Counted from the first letter of the stretch, positions 47,765 to 58,105 are shown. The stretch is 64,000 nucleotides of DNA from Candidatus Bathyarchaeia archaeon (GCA_049517415.1 JBEKSC010000003.1:64001-128000); one strand, 5' to 3'. The notes: generated by a model not told the origin, from the sequence alone. Made by a program: numbers and translations.

Positions 47765-49093
47765 TTGATGGGCTTGGGTTCACTGCAAGACCTTGAGTGG
47801 ATTCAGAAGAGAACAGGCCTAGACCCAGCACAGAACCATGAATCCCTTACCTTCGTCACAACAACATCCTCCACGATGTGCTTGCAGTGCCGCGGCAGTC
47901 GCATGCTTTGCGGCAAAGCATCCTGCCCGATTTTATCAAAAGCGGAATTGCTGATTAGGCATCTCCCGAATTTGGGCAAGGCAGAGATTGACGGGTCGAG
48001 CCCCCCTGGTGCTTTTGTTGGCCATGTTGGTTACCCAAGAATTTACGTTGGCCCATTAATTCCACCAACTAAAGGGGACACGCGTCTTCTTGATACCCCT
48101 GAACTTTGGCTCGGCAAAGATATACAAACAATTATTGACTTCAGGTTCAGTTTGATTCGCGGCAAATCGTTGCTAGATGTCCACGATGCCGTTGACCCTA
48201 ACTCGTACTTGCTCGACCTACACGACCTAGCACTTTCATCTGCATCGGTTGATGTTGATGCGAAGTTTCGTAAAAAACCGAGGATGGCTGTGACCCTAAG
48301 TGACGAAACGCAGCCGTTCGGACCTTCGGCGTTAATTGAAAAATTACAGGTCTCACCGAGCACCGGTGAGCGGCGGCTTGAGGCCGTGTATTATGACGGG
48401 GATGAGTTGGCTGTGGATGGCATGTTCGATCTTTACAGGGATGGGATTGAGGTTTCGCGGATACAGCGCACCTTAAGCCTCGGCATGTTGGGCGTACAGA
48501 AGCAAAGGAAGATTGTTCCAACCCGCTGGAGCATCACAGCCGTCGACGACACACTCTCAAAACGGTTGCTTCAAGCGGTCAAAAATTATCCATCCATCGA
48601 CAAGTACCAGGTCTACACCTACCGGTACCTCGATAACGTGTACGAAGTTATAATGTCGCCCAGACATTGGGAGTACGAGTCAATCGAAGCTTGGTTCCCG
48701 GGAACGGCGTGGAACGAGAACGGAACAGTGCCCGCAATCATGGGGGATCATGAAGCTTACGAGGGGAGGACAACCTACGCCTCTATTGGAGGCTGTTACT
48801 ACTCATGCAGGTTGGCCGCGGCTGAGGCACTCGAGAAGGTGCAGCGGCAAGCTGCAGTCCTAGTTCTCCGAGAAGCACGACCGGGCTACATCCTTCCCGT
48901 CGGCGTCTGGAATGTAAGGGAGAGCGTACGCGCCGCCCTCAGAACACAACCCGCAACCTTCGACAGCTTCCAGCAAGCACTAGAATACGCTTGCAGCAAT
49001 TTCATAATCCCGCAGAAAACTTGGATTGGGAATAGTGTGCTCATTCGTAACGAGATGTTTCAGCCCCGCCTCAGCCAATACTTTCCCAATTGA
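47765..49093 (+). CDS. nreA: Nre family archaeal DNA repair protein
   Basis: CxxC..G..LCG..C, GSSPP, VPTRWSITAVD, PVGVW.VRE, and a C-terminal PIP box QPRLSQYF. Confidence 0.9.
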   Translation: MMGLGSLQDLEWIQKRTGLDPAQNHESLTFVTTTSSTMCLQCRGSRMLCGKASCPILSKAELLIRHLPNLGKAEIDGSSPPGAFVGHVGYPRIYVGPLIPPTKGDTRLLDTPELWLGKDIQTIIDFRFSLIRGKSLLDVHDAVDPNSYLLDLHDLALSSASVDVDAKFRKKPRMAVTLSDETQPFGPSALIEKLQVSPSTGERRLEAVYYDGDELAVDGMFDLYRDGIEVSRIQRTLSLGMLGVQKQRKIVPTRWSITAVDDTLSKRLLQAVKNYPSIDKYQVYTYRYLDNVYEVIMSPRHWEYESIEAWFPGTAWNENGTVPAIMGDHEAYEGRTTYASIGGCYYSCRLAAAEALEKVQRQAAVLVLREARPGYILPVGVWNVRESVRAALRTQPATFDSFQQALEYACSNFIIPQKTWIGNSVLIRNEMFQPRLSQYFPN

Positions 49094-49182
49094 TTTTTCA
49101 AGGTTTTTGGAATCAGCAATAGAAAAGAATACTCTTTTTCGTGAAGAAGCGATCCTAGTGAGCGCACGGAGGCCGCGGACTA

Positions 49183-50244
49183 TTGATCGAAATTGCCGGT
49201 GATATGCTTGAAGGTGGAGGCCAGATTGTTCGCACAACCGTTGCCCTGGCCGCTCTCACGAATAAGGAGGTCAGAATCACGAAGATTCGAGATAAACGGC
49301 CTAACCCGGGATTACAGGCTCAACATGTCACGGCGGTTCGAGCAGTTGCAGCTGTCGCAGGTGCTGAAACCGAGGGCCTTTTTCCAGGTTCTAAGGAGTT
49401 GATGTTCAGGCCTCGCGGTCATGTAGCGGGCCGGTTTAGTTTCAACGTGGGAACAGCTGGTAGCGTTCCGTTAATCCTGCAGGCTGTGATGCCCTCAGCC
49501 GCCTACGCTCCGGGCCAAGTTGAATTCGAGCTGATCGGAGGAACCGACGTGCCTTGGAGCCCAACGGTCGACTATGTTCGACTCGTCGAGCTTCCGGTAC
49601 TACAGTTGATGGGTTACGGAGCAACTTTGACGGTTCACCGAAGGGGACATTATCCGAAGGGGGGCGGCCGCGTAACGATGTTGGTTGACCCGCCCAGAAC
49701 CTTGAATGCAGTTAACCTTCTTGAACGCGGTGTTGGGACAGATGTGAAAGGCATTAGTCACTGCGTGAAACTTCCCAGCCATGTCGCGCAGAGACAGGCA
49801 GACGCTGCGAAGGAGAAGTTGAGCGTCAGGGGTATTCACGAGGTAAACATCGCCATTGAAACCTATCCATCAACCCAAGACCCGCACCTCGCTCCGGGAA
49901 GCGGCATAGCGCTAGCCATGAGATTCACAAACGGTTCTATTCTCGGCGCCGATAGCATTGGTGAAAGAGGAAAGCCTGCAGAACGAGTAGGCGACGAAGC
50001 CGCAAGTAAATTGCTCAAAGAATTCGATTCCAAAGCCGCCCTAGACCGGCATATGGGTGACATGATCATTCCATACCTGGCTGTGGCCGAAGGACGATCT
50101 GAAATTGAAGTCTCGGCAATTACGACGCACACACTGACCAACATCAAGGTGTCCGAGATTCTAGCGGGCGTTAAGTTCCAAATTGAAGGATCGTTGAATG
50201 AACCAGGAAGAATCAGCGTTGAAGGAATCGGATTGAAGGCCTGA
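49183..50244 (+). CDS. rtcA: RNA 3'-terminal phosphate cyclase
   Basis: EGGGQIVR, RPNPGL..QH, GGTDV, RGHYPKGGG, D.H..D, HT.TN. Confidence 0.95.
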   Translation: MIEIAGDMLEGGGQIVRTTVALAALTNKEVRITKIRDKRPNPGLQAQHVTAVRAVAAVAGAETEGLFPGSKELMFRPRGHVAGRFSFNVGTAGSVPLILQAVMPSAAYAPGQVEFELIGGTDVPWSPTVDYVRLVELPVLQLMGYGATLTVHRRGHYPKGGGRVTMLVDPPRTLNAVNLLERGVGTDVKGISHCVKLPSHVAQRQADAAKEKLSVRGIHEVNIAIETYPSTQDPHLAPGSGIALAMRFTNGSILGADSIGERGKPAERVGDEAASKLLKEFDSKAALDRHMGDMIIPYLAVAEGRSEIEVSAITTHTLTNIKVSEILAGVKFQIEGSLNEPGRISVEGIGLKA

Positions 50245-50316
50245 CGTTGACGAGCGATTTCAAGGCAGCAATAAAATAGCAGCCGATGGTAGCGAAGGCT
50301 GCAAGGAGAAAGCTAG

Positions 50317-50745
50317 ATGCTAGAAGCCTTTCTTAGAGTCGTGATCGTGATCTTACTAGGATTCCTGTTCGCGTATCTGTATGGCTTCATCGAGCACGGC
50401 TACATTCCCCCCGCAGAGCATCTCAAGCTGCGATTTTTCAACCACTTCGCGAATTACCATATCATCATGTTCGGCTTGTTTTCAGCGATACCCTTGGTGG
50501 TTTTGGTGTTCAGTACGAACGTCTCAGGGGTTCTGTCAAGTCTTGGATTGTGGACGTACCTCCCGGTTGGAGAAGACATTGCCTGGTACCATTTCGCTGG
50601 TACGTGGCCTAAGCCTGAAGATTGGACCTCTTGGGGTGGGGGATACTACCTTCGAGGAAGATGGTTGCCACGATGGTATATCATCAATCTTGGGTTAACG
50701 GTCGTGTTTTTCGGCTTGGCCTTAGCTCTCAGCCTATACAGCTGA
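50317..50745 (+). CDS. Membrane hypothetical protein
   Basis: 3-4 TM helices, YH and ED..W motifs. Confidence 0.7.
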   Translation: MLEAFLRVVIVILLGFLFAYLYGFIEHGYIPPAEHLKLRFFNHFANYHIIMFGLFSAIPLVVLVFSTNVSGVLSSLGLWTYLPVGEDIAWYHFAGTWPKPEDWTSWGGGYYLRGRWLPRWYIINLGLTVVFFGLALALSLYS

Positions 50746-50885
50746 GCCTTTAGACCAGAATTTAACATGGTTTAGAGGAGAAATCAAAAAGGACGAATAT
50801 TCCGCATTTCTACCAAGTAGACGCTTTTGTCTTGTGTTGGGTTACTCCCACCTGCTAGGTTGCACAATCAAGGGTGGGGCCAGGT

Positions 50886-51086
50886 CTACAGCTTTCTTAT
50901 GATTTCGGCGTGTGCGTGGCGTGCTGCGCAGCTTGTTATTCGGGCCTTGATCTTGTCCCCTGGTTTTGCGTTCTTTACGAAGACTATGCAGCCATTTACG
51001 CGCCCTACTCCTTCACCTAAGCGGGAGGTTTCTTTGATTTCCAGCTCTACTTCATCGCCTGGCTTCAACTCATGCCAAGTAGCCAA
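50886..51086 (-). CDS. Stand-alone TRAM domain protein
   Basis: G.GVGRV.G.IVFV..A.PGD. Confidence 0.88.
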   Translation of the reverse strand: MATWHELKPGDEVELEIKETSRLGEGVGRVNGCIVFVKNAKPGDKIKARITSCAARHAHAEIIRKL

Positions 51087-51197
51087 TCAGCTACGCTCCT
51101 GCGCATTATGCCACAGACTTGCATTTGTATCAACCTATCCCTAGATTGTGATGCAGGCGGACGACTTTAAGGAAGAATCTAGCAGATACTGGAAGTA

Positions 51198-52109
51198 GTG
51201 AAAGAGTTGACTAGTTTCGGAGTACACCTGCCAGGGTTTTCGGAGAGCCCTCAAAAATTCGGCGAACTTTGCCGGAAGGTCGAGGAGTGGGGCTTTGACT
51301 CGGTTTGGTTAGCGGATGGACTCACGCGGAATACGGTCGAGCCGTTACCTGCCCTAGCGTATGCGTCAGCGTTTACGCACCGCGTCAAGTTAGGCACGTG
51401 TATCTACGTCGTTCCAGTTCGCCACCCACTAATTACTGCCAAACTAACATCGACTCTGGATAGAACATCAGAGGGCCGCTTTGTTCTTGGGGTCGGCGTG
51501 GGATGGAGGGAAGACGAGTTCAAAGCTACGGGGATCCCGTTCGAGAATAGGGGCAAAGTCACAGACGAATGCTTACAAATAATCCGCCAAGCCTGGGAAA
51601 CTGGCAAAGTTGACTTCAAAGGAGATTTCTATGACATACCAGGAGTGAAAATGGAGTACCAACCTGTACAGAAGTCTCGCCCACAACTTTGGATAGGGGG
51701 TAATGGGTTCCAAGCAATAACTAGGGCGGCCCGATTCGGAGATTGTTGGATCCCCACAGACTACACCGTCGAGGAGTACAAACAGGGCGTTCCACGTTTG
51801 GCAAAAGCATGCAAGCAGTTCGCAAGAGCATCTGAACAAGTTAAGGTTGCGTCCCATTTGATGGTGATAGTTGACAAGAGCAAGAACGAAGCCGAGTCTA
51901 TGGCAAAGAATATCGCGGAATCGCTACATAGTGAGACTGATGAACTGAAAGAATGGGCGCTGGTCGGTGACCTTCAAGAAGTAACCAATCGAATCGAAGC
52001 GTACAATCATGCGGGCGTAAGCTACCATGTGCTAAACTTTGGAACCAAGGTTCGAGACGAATCAAAAATGGAACTTTTCGCGCGAGAAGTGCTCCCAAGC
52101 TTCACTTGA
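51198..52109 (+). CDS. LLM class flavin/F420-dependent oxidoreductase
   Basis: GFDSVWLAD, RHP...AK...LD..S.GRF.LGVG.GW, P.LWIGG. Confidence 0.88.
   Translation: MKELTSFGVHLPGFSESPQKFGELCRKVEEWGFDSVWLADGLTRNTVEPLPALAYASAFTHRVKLGTCIYVVPVRHPLITAKLTSTLDRTSEGRFVLGVGVGWREDEFKATGIPFENRGKVTDECLQIIRQAWETGKVDFKGDFYDIPGVKMEYQPVQKSRPQLWIGGNGFQAITRAARFGDCWIPTDYTVEEYKQGVPRLAKACKQFARASEQVKVASHLMVIVDKSKNEAESMAKNIAESLHSETDELKEWALVGDLQEVTNRIEAYNHAGVSYHVLNFGTKVRDESKMELFAREVLPSFT
52071..52104 (+). repeat. Direct repeat copy 1 (3' end of the LLM gene)
   Basis: GAACTTTTCGCGCGAGAAGTGCTCCCAAGCTTCA; 33/34 identical to 55289-55322. Confidence 0.85.
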
Positions 52110-52191
52110 AGGATCTACGACATACCAGGATGCGATGGTTTGAATAGTTGTTCCAGTAGTTGATACTAGCGAAGTATTCGTAAACGGCAGG

Positions 52192-54933
52192 TTGGAATCT
52201 ATGGAACGATCTGGGCCGCCTCCGCGTCTTTTCGGGTTGGTCGGCTGGATTATTGTAGCATTAGTTTCCATTGGTGTGACCGTTTATGGGCTGTCAGTTT
52301 ACTTAGACTGGGTCGTTTTCCAGTCCATGTATGCTTCCAAGGCAGGCCTCGACTGGTTCGCGATAAACTTCTATCACAATAACACATTCATCGTCGCCGG
52401 TGTTCTCGCACTTCTCTTCATCAACCCGGTTCCCAGAAGGAGCCATCTCTTTGAGGGGCTTTCTGCGTTGGGAGGAGCATTCGCGCGTGTTAGAGGGGAG
52501 GAAGATGCAGTCTCGCTCGGCCCTGGCAGGGTTGCATGGTTGTTTTGGCAGATAGCAAAGTGGGCTGTCGCCTTCTGGATTATCGCGACGGCGAACGGGA
52601 TACCGGGCCTTGGCAACCTGACGATGGTAGTCACGATGCTCCAGAGCGGGCTGGGTAACTGGGGCGAAGTCCTGAGGGTCTTTCAGCTCCCGTTGGCTTC
52701 TGCTTCCGGAACTGAACTTGTTGCGTTGATGCCTACTATGGAGGTGCAGTACGCCCTCATCTTCAACGTCGTCTCTGCGGTCGTACTCGTGGCAGTCCTC
52801 AGACTCATTTTGATGCTCGTCCGCGATTTCGCTCAACTCAAGACGAATGCGTGGGGGAGAGATCTATTCCTCATTCTCACTCTAGCTGTGCTGGTGGCGA
52901 TCTTCGATGCACCCTATTGGTCTATGAACATTGCGACGCCCAACGACTACCTGATCGCTGTCACCGTTTTCTTTAGCTTCTTGGCCATCGCGGCTTCTTT
53001 TCAGTTCGGAGTTATTCGACGAACAATAGGCATGGCGCGTCGAAAACGATGGCTTGTCTACCTCATGGGGCTATTCTTGTTAGCCATACTCATTGTAAAC
53101 TTGGGTTTTGTGGTCGGCTACTCGCTAAACTGGAACAACAACTGGGTTGACTATGAATGGCAGCCTATGACTATGAAGGAGATTCAGGTCACACGATGGG
53201 CCGCGGGTTTAGAAAACGTAACGACGGAACCTCTCTCAAGTCTCCCCGCCGGAAACACCAGCACGATCGTATCGCTGGTTCGACAATGGGATCACGACGC
53301 GTCCTACACGAAAATGAAGAATCAGATAGGCGTCAACTGGATGCAGTTGAGCGATTCGCAAATAATCTACCTCAACGGCCACGAATACTGGGTTGCCCCC
53401 ACAACAATCAACTATCCAGCCGACGACTGGATCAGCCATCACCTCATCTACACTCACGCCGCCAGAATAGTCGTGATCGACAGCCACACGGGCGACTACG
53501 TTTCGGTCCAGCAGGCATTCGGAGTTAAGTCGGAACCCCCAATCTACTACGGTGAGAGTCTCACCGACGACGTTTACGTGCATGTTAGAGGAGTCGAGGA
53601 AATAGGAAACGCGTCTTACACCGGAGAGCCTGACTATGTTCTCTCAGGCTGGCAGAGGGCTCTATGGTTCCTTGTGAAAGAAGGTCAAGTCGGCTTCGCC
53701 TTCACTCCTCCCCAAGACCAAATCATGATGCTTCATAACCGAGATGTTCATCAGAGAATCCAGGATTTCCTCATCGATGGGCTGACGACCGACAGCGCAA
53801 GCTACCTTGTCACAGACGGAAACCGAATCTACTACCTCGTCCAAGTCTACACGGACTATCCAATTCACTCTGGATTCTCCGGCAGCAACTACCTCCGATT
53901 CTTCGGAGTGGTCTTGGTCGATATAGAAGACGGCCGCATGTACCCATACGTCATAGCTAAACCGGATGGCTTTCTAGTCGACTTCTATAGACAATACTAC
54001 TCGTCATGGAAAGCGCCGCCGGACTGGCTCGTCAACCAACTACGCTATCCTGAGGACTTGCTCGGAACCCAAAACCTGCCGGGACAGCTTGATGTCTCTT
54101 TCACATATCATGTGAACGACCCATTCGTTTGGAGATCAGGTTCTGACTTCTACGAGCGGCCAGAAGCCACAGAGGTACTTTACGTGCTATTGAGTTCAGG
54201 GAATCGAGTTGACTTCGTAGGAATGCAGCTTGTAGAGTATCAGGCATCCCCAGGCCGCAACCTCGCTGGCATGTACATAGCCTATGGCACCGATCAGCTT
54301 GGAAGGTTGAACCTTTACAGAATATCCAATTCGACAACCCAACTAATTGGGCCTTCCGCTGCGCTGCAGGCCGTTGAAACCGACGACTATGTACGCCAGC
54401 AGTTAACGCTGCTGCCGAACTACCGACTTGGAAACATCCTATTGTACCTCATCGGAGACCACCTCTACTACTTCATTCCAGTCTATATCAACACGCAAGT
54501 CGAAAATGCCGTCATTACAAAGATGGCCTTCGTCACGGTCGTCGACGCGACAACAGGAGCCAGGGTCGCGGTTGGAGCAGACTCATCCCAAGCATACTAC
54601 GCCATATCCGGAGGAATTCCCACCATATTGGGATCGGCGGAACGTGAGAAGAAGCTCAACTCGCTATTCACGAACAAAGGATACTCACTAGTCAACCCAA
54701 CCAGCATCAACGCGAACGTGGAGATTCGAATCGCAAACATCACCTACACTGACGAAACCCAATGGACCTCTGTTAATGCCACAGTGAATAATTTCATCAC
54801 CAGCTATGGCCAGAAGTACGGCGTGACGGAAGTCTACTATTGGACCGAGCCGAACGGTGACCTCAGCTTCGGCGTGCTCGTCTCTAATGCCGGGGTTGTG
54901 AAACTCTACTACATAACCATCCAGATCAGCTAG
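52192..54933 (+). CDS. UPF0182 family membrane protein
   Basis: N-terminal multi-TM region, HLIYTH, P.IYYGE, V.VD..DG, QLRYP, YHV.DP. Confidence 0.85.
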   Translation: MESMERSGPPPRLFGLVGWIIVALVSIGVTVYGLSVYLDWVVFQSMYASKAGLDWFAINFYHNNTFIVAGVLALLFINPVPRRSHLFEGLSALGGAFARVRGEEDAVSLGPGRVAWLFWQIAKWAVAFWIIATANGIPGLGNLTMVVTMLQSGLGNWGEVLRVFQLPLASASGTELVALMPTMEVQYALIFNVVSAVVLVAVLRLILMLVRDFAQLKTNAWGRDLFLILTLAVLVAIFDAPYWSMNIATPNDYLIAVTVFFSFLAIAASFQFGVIRRTIGMARRKRWLVYLMGLFLLAILIVNLGFVVGYSLNWNNNWVDYEWQPMTMKEIQVTRWAAGLENVTTEPLSSLPAGNTSTIVSLVRQWDHDASYTKMKNQIGVNWMQLSDSQIIYLNGHEYWVAPTTINYPADDWISHHLIYTHAARIVVIDSHTGDYVSVQQAFGVKSEPPIYYGESLTDDVYVHVRGVEEIGNASYTGEPDYVLSGWQRALWFLVKEGQVGFAFTPPQDQIMMLHNRDVHQRIQDFLIDGLTTDSASYLVTDGNRIYYLVQVYTDYPIHSGFSGSNYLRFFGVVLVDIEDGRMYPYVIAKPDGFLVDFYRQYYSSWKAPPDWLVNQLRYPEDLLGTQNLPGQLDVSFTYHVNDPFVWRSGSDFYERPEATEVLYVLLSSGNRVDFVGMQLVEYQASPGRNLAGMYIAYGTDQLGRLNLYRISNSTTQLIGPSAALQAVETDDYVRQQLTLLPNYRLGNILLYLIGDHLYYFIPVYINTQVENAVITKMAFVTVVDATTGARVAVGADSSQAYYAISGGIPTILGSAEREKKLNSLFTNKGYSLVNPTSINANVEIRIANITYTDETQWTSVNATVNNFITSYGQKYGVTEVYYWTEPNGDLSFGVLVSNAGVVKLYYITIQIS

Positions 54934-54941
54934 GTGGAAGC

Positions 54942-55235
54942 ATGTCAATGCTGCAAGAGGAATTCGATTTGTGGCTGAGCAGCAAATACTCGAATCCCTT
55001 CTGGGTCGGGCACCATAGATTCGAGAAGAGCGTGACCGGTGAGATTCGAGTGGACAATGGAGTATTTAGGAGAGAAGAGGCCGCCATACTCTTTCGGATG
55101 CTCAGGTCACGCGGCCCCTTCACGCGACTTAACGCGAATTTCGTCATATGGGAGAGAAACCGAAGCCTACTAGTTATACTAGTAATTGTCACGGTCATAA
55201 TGCTCGCATTAGTAATCATAAGAATCCGGGAATGA
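54942..55235 (+). CDS. Small hypothetical protein with C-terminal TM helix
   Basis: 97-aa ATG ORF with SD GGTGG, 8 bp after the UPF0182 stop. Confidence 0.7.
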   Translation: MSMLQEEFDLWLSSKYSNPFWVGHHRFEKSVTGEIRVDNGVFRREEAAILFRMLRSRGPFTRLNANFVIWERNRSLLVILVIVTVIMLALVIIRIRE

Positions 55236-55288
55236 CCCGTCAGGAAAGCTGAGCGAACCGAGTCGGTTTGCAGTTGGCCCCGGAAATC

Positions 55289-55322
55289 GAACTTTTCGCG
55301 CGAGAAGTACTCCCAAGCTTCA
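55289..55322 (+). repeat. Direct repeat copy 2 (intergenic)
   Basis: GAACTTTTCGCGCGAGAAGTACTCCCAAGCTTCA. Confidence 0.85.
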
Positions 55323-55611
55323 AGAATGCCTAGACGGGCCGCTGAATGGCCCTGCAGTGCAATGAAGGCTGACACCAGGATATTTCACCGTCCCCCAGTA
55401 GTGTATAGAATATTCTCGACACCTTTTTGCGGGAAGCCTTCGCTTTAGCTTCAGAAGCAGCCTTCTGCAGTTGATTGCCGAAGATGGATTTTGGCTGTTG
55501 TTCCCTAACGAGTAGATATTCACGTATTGCGCAAGGCCGAGTGTGAGGAGGTCCCGCGTTACGGCGCTTGCGGTGCCGACCCAACTGAGGAAAGGCTCTG
55601 TCTTAACGCGT

Positions 55612-56442
55612 TTACTTCTTGGGGCCCTTGTAGGTTAGCACTCTGCCCCACAGGTCTTTTGTTCCCCAGATTCCTCTGCGCAGCGTTTCTAGGTGGACGA
55701 TCTGGCTGTGGTCGACGAACAGGTTCACTTCAGGTCCGTAGTTCTTGATGTACCAGCCAAACACTTCGGGGTCGGCGGCTTCGAACATAACCTTATCCAA
55801 CCCTAATGCATCAATTATTTTCGGCGGCACGTCGGTGCGCCAAGTCTTTACATTCTCTGTGATTCCTTCTGATTCAATCATGATCATGTAGGCGCCTGCA
55901 TCAAGGAAACGTTTCGCTTCCGAGATTGCCCAAGCTGGGTCCTTCGTTCCCTCAGCCTCGAGTTCTGCGATTGATGTGGCCCCGCCGGAACCGAACTGAA
56001 TTCCCACCTCAGGCTTCGGCTTCAACCCCGCCCTCTTCACTAACTCCACAAGCTGAACCCAATCGTCGACGGGTATTGTGATGAAGCCGCTGGAGATTTC
56101 GATAATGTCGAAGCCCACATCCTTGCATTCCTTAACGTAGCGTTCCACCGCTTCAGGGCCCTGCGTCAGAACGTACTCAATCCACCCGCCTGTCGAGACC
56201 AGTACGTTGTACCGGTGCGCTGTGTCGATAATCTCCTTGAGCACGTCCCGTTTCATGAGGCTGAATGATCCGGCTGCGAACTTCAGGGCGTCAACGTACT
56301 CGCCCATTGTTTCCAGAATGTCTTCGAGGTAGCGCTTCCCCATCACGGTGTAGTAGGGGCCGCGAATCTCAGTGACGCCTTTTGTTCGTGGCTTTCCAGG
56401 TCGTTCGTTCATTCTGATAAAGGAAAATGCTTTGCTACTCAA
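55612..56442 (-). CDS. comA: Phosphosulfolactate synthase (ComA) family protein
   Basis: KPR..G.T, VD.LKF..G, EISSG, PE.G, MIESEG, FEA, NLFVD, LE.LR.G. The start is placed at TTG 56442, overlapping the upstream stop. Confidence 0.85.
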   Translation of the reverse strand: MSSKAFSFIRMNERPGKPRTKGVTEIRGPYYTVMGKRYLEDILETMGEYVDALKFAAGSFSLMKRDVLKEIIDTAHRYNVLVSTGGWIEYVLTQGPEAVERYVKECKDVGFDIIEISSGFITIPVDDWVQLVELVKRAGLKPKPEVGIQFGSGGATSIAELEAEGTKDPAWAISEAKRFLDAGAYMIMIESEGITENVKTWRTDVPPKIIDALGLDKVMFEAADPEVFGWYIKNYGPEVNLFVDHSQIVHLETLRRGIWGTKDLWGRVLTYKGPKK

Positions 56443-57850
56443 CTGTTTTTCCTCGTTTGGGGTCAGGAATATTTGCGAGCAGCTTCGTGAGGTCTGTGAC
56501 ATATAGGTCTTCCATTTGATGCACACAATCCACGATTTGCTTTCGCAAATTCTTGTCAACATAGCGCGCGCTTAGGCTGTCAAATTTCTCCACTGCCCTC
56601 TCCCAGCGCATGGGGCGCGTAAAGAAGCCCTCGTAGTCTCGTTTCTCTTTCTCAACGATCCGCCCGCCTTTGAGATGAACTACCAAGTGGGACGGCATTT
56701 CATTCGGAAATCTTTGACTGTAATCCTCTCTAGGCTTGACGCTGATTTTTTGCAGAAGGTTCTGAACATCGCTCCTCGTGATTCTGTCAGGGTAATATTG
56801 TTCAGGCATTACAGTTCCATCTAGGATCGCTACGGCGACAATGTAAGGGAGGCTATGGTCGGCCTCTTCCTTCCTTCGCACATGTTTCTTCTCCCCCTCC
56901 TCACCCCCGCCGATTATATTGTAGGCTACGTCGAAGACCTCTATCTCGAGCTTTTCAATCTCTTCCGGCTTGAAGCCCTGTTCTCCCTTAAGCTCTAAGA
57001 TGCCTTCAATCGAAGATTGTGAATGAACCTCGGCATTGTACTTCTTCAGTATGCTCCGTGTAACTCGTTCTAGGTTCTCCTTCGACCAGTCAATGTCGAA
57101 TTTTCCCGCAATCGATTCCATGAAGCCTTTGTTTCCCTCAAAAACCTCCGGCGGCCCAGTGATGCCACGCATGGCCAAGAATCCAGCGTGGGTGGCGCCG
57201 AAGCCGGTGAAGGGGTAGGCTAACCCTTTCCAGTGTGAAAGTTTCCCTGTACGCGTTACTCTAAGCGCATTAAGCGCCGTGCCGCTGATAGCGATCGCAT
57301 TCGCCGTCTTCTCAACATCTAAGCCCAAAGCTTTGGAGACTCCTGCGGCTGCAGCGTAGGATCCCTGTGTTGTGTGGTCGAAGCCTTTGCTTCGTACTGG
57401 GGCTACGTCGCTGAGGCGGCATTGCACTTGGTAGGCTACAGCTAGTGCGAGCAGGAAATCGCTTCCCTTCGCTTTCGCGTACTCTGAGGCGGCTAGCACG
57501 GCGCCAACGTTATCGTTCGGATGGCAAGTCTCCCCCTTGGCTAGGTAGCTGTCGTTGAAGTCCAAATACCGGATCAATGCTCCATTGTATAGTGCGACGA
57601 GGTCCGGGGCTGTCTTTCCTCCGCCAATGAGCGTGCAGTGCGGTTTTCCACCAAAGTCATCTAGCTGCGCTTGGAGCATTCGTATTGGTTCGCCTTCAAG
57701 GGCGCCGATTGCACAACCAAGCGCGTCCAGCACTCGAATCTTTAGCTCCTGCTTGGCCGCTGAGGACAATATTTGGAACGAGGTTCCAACTACGAACTGG
57801 GCAAGTTCGTTGACGAGGGTTCTCTGTTCTGGCAAGTTTCGGGTCGCCAA
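56435..57850 (-). CDS. MmgE/PrpD family dehydratase
   Basis: NG..IRYLDFNDSY, HPNDN, GFDH, R.G.LSHWKG, ADHSLPY. Confidence 0.9.
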   Translation of the reverse strand: MATRNLPEQRTLVNELAQFVVGTSFQILSSAAKQELKIRVLDALGCAIGALEGEPIRMLQAQLDDFGGKPHCTLIGGGKTAPDLVALYNGALIRYLDFNDSYLAKGETCHPNDNVGAVLAASEYAKAKGSDFLLALAVAYQVQCRLSDVAPVRSKGFDHTTQGSYAAAAGVSKALGLDVEKTANAIAISGTALNALRVTRTGKLSHWKGLAYPFTGFGATHAGFLAMRGITGPPEVFEGNKGFMESIAGKFDIDWSKENLERVTRSILKKYNAEVHSQSSIEGILELKGEQGFKPEEIEKLEIEVFDVAYNIIGGGEEGEKKHVRRKEEADHSLPYIVAVAILDGTVMPEQYYPDRITRSDVQNLLQKISVKPREDYSQRFPNEMPSHLVVHLKGGRIVEKEKRDYEGFFTRPMRWERAVEKFDSLSARYVDKNLRKQIVDCVHQMEDLYVTDLTKLLANIPDPKRGKTVE

Positions 57851-57973
57851 CAGTTATTGGCTCTCATCTATGTTTGTTACTTTTCGGTTGGCCCGTGTAT
57901 AACATATGCTAGACATCAATTCTGCGTGTTCGTTTTGACTTCAATGGTGTTCTGAACGGGTCTTACTGGTTTA

Positions 57974-58105
57974 CTATGTCTTGCCGCATGTCTTCTCATG
58001 TTCCGTCAGGCAGGCTTCGCACATGGTGTTTCCACAGTTCTTGCACATTTTGAGCGGGCCTTCTAGTGGTTGACCGCAGAAGCCGCAATAACTACCCGAG
58101 AACAA
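57974..58105 (-). CDS. 43-aa Cys/His zinc-finger microprotein (not in the ORF track)
   Basis: TTG start with upstream AAAGGAG; MFSGSYCGFCGQPLEGPLKMCKNCGNTMCEACLTEHEKTCGKT. Confidence 0.75.
   Translation of the reverse strand: MFSGSYCGFCGQPLEGPLKMCKNCGNTMCEACLTEHEKTCGKT

Noticed and set aside
55330..55584. 84-aa - strand ORF downstream of comA
   Set aside because: No motifs or SD, and composition is atypical; probably spurious.
56443..56562. Extended comA start in the ORF track (56562)
   Set aside because: It would overlap the PrpD-family gene by more than 120 bp; TTG 56442 gives a normal coupled junction.
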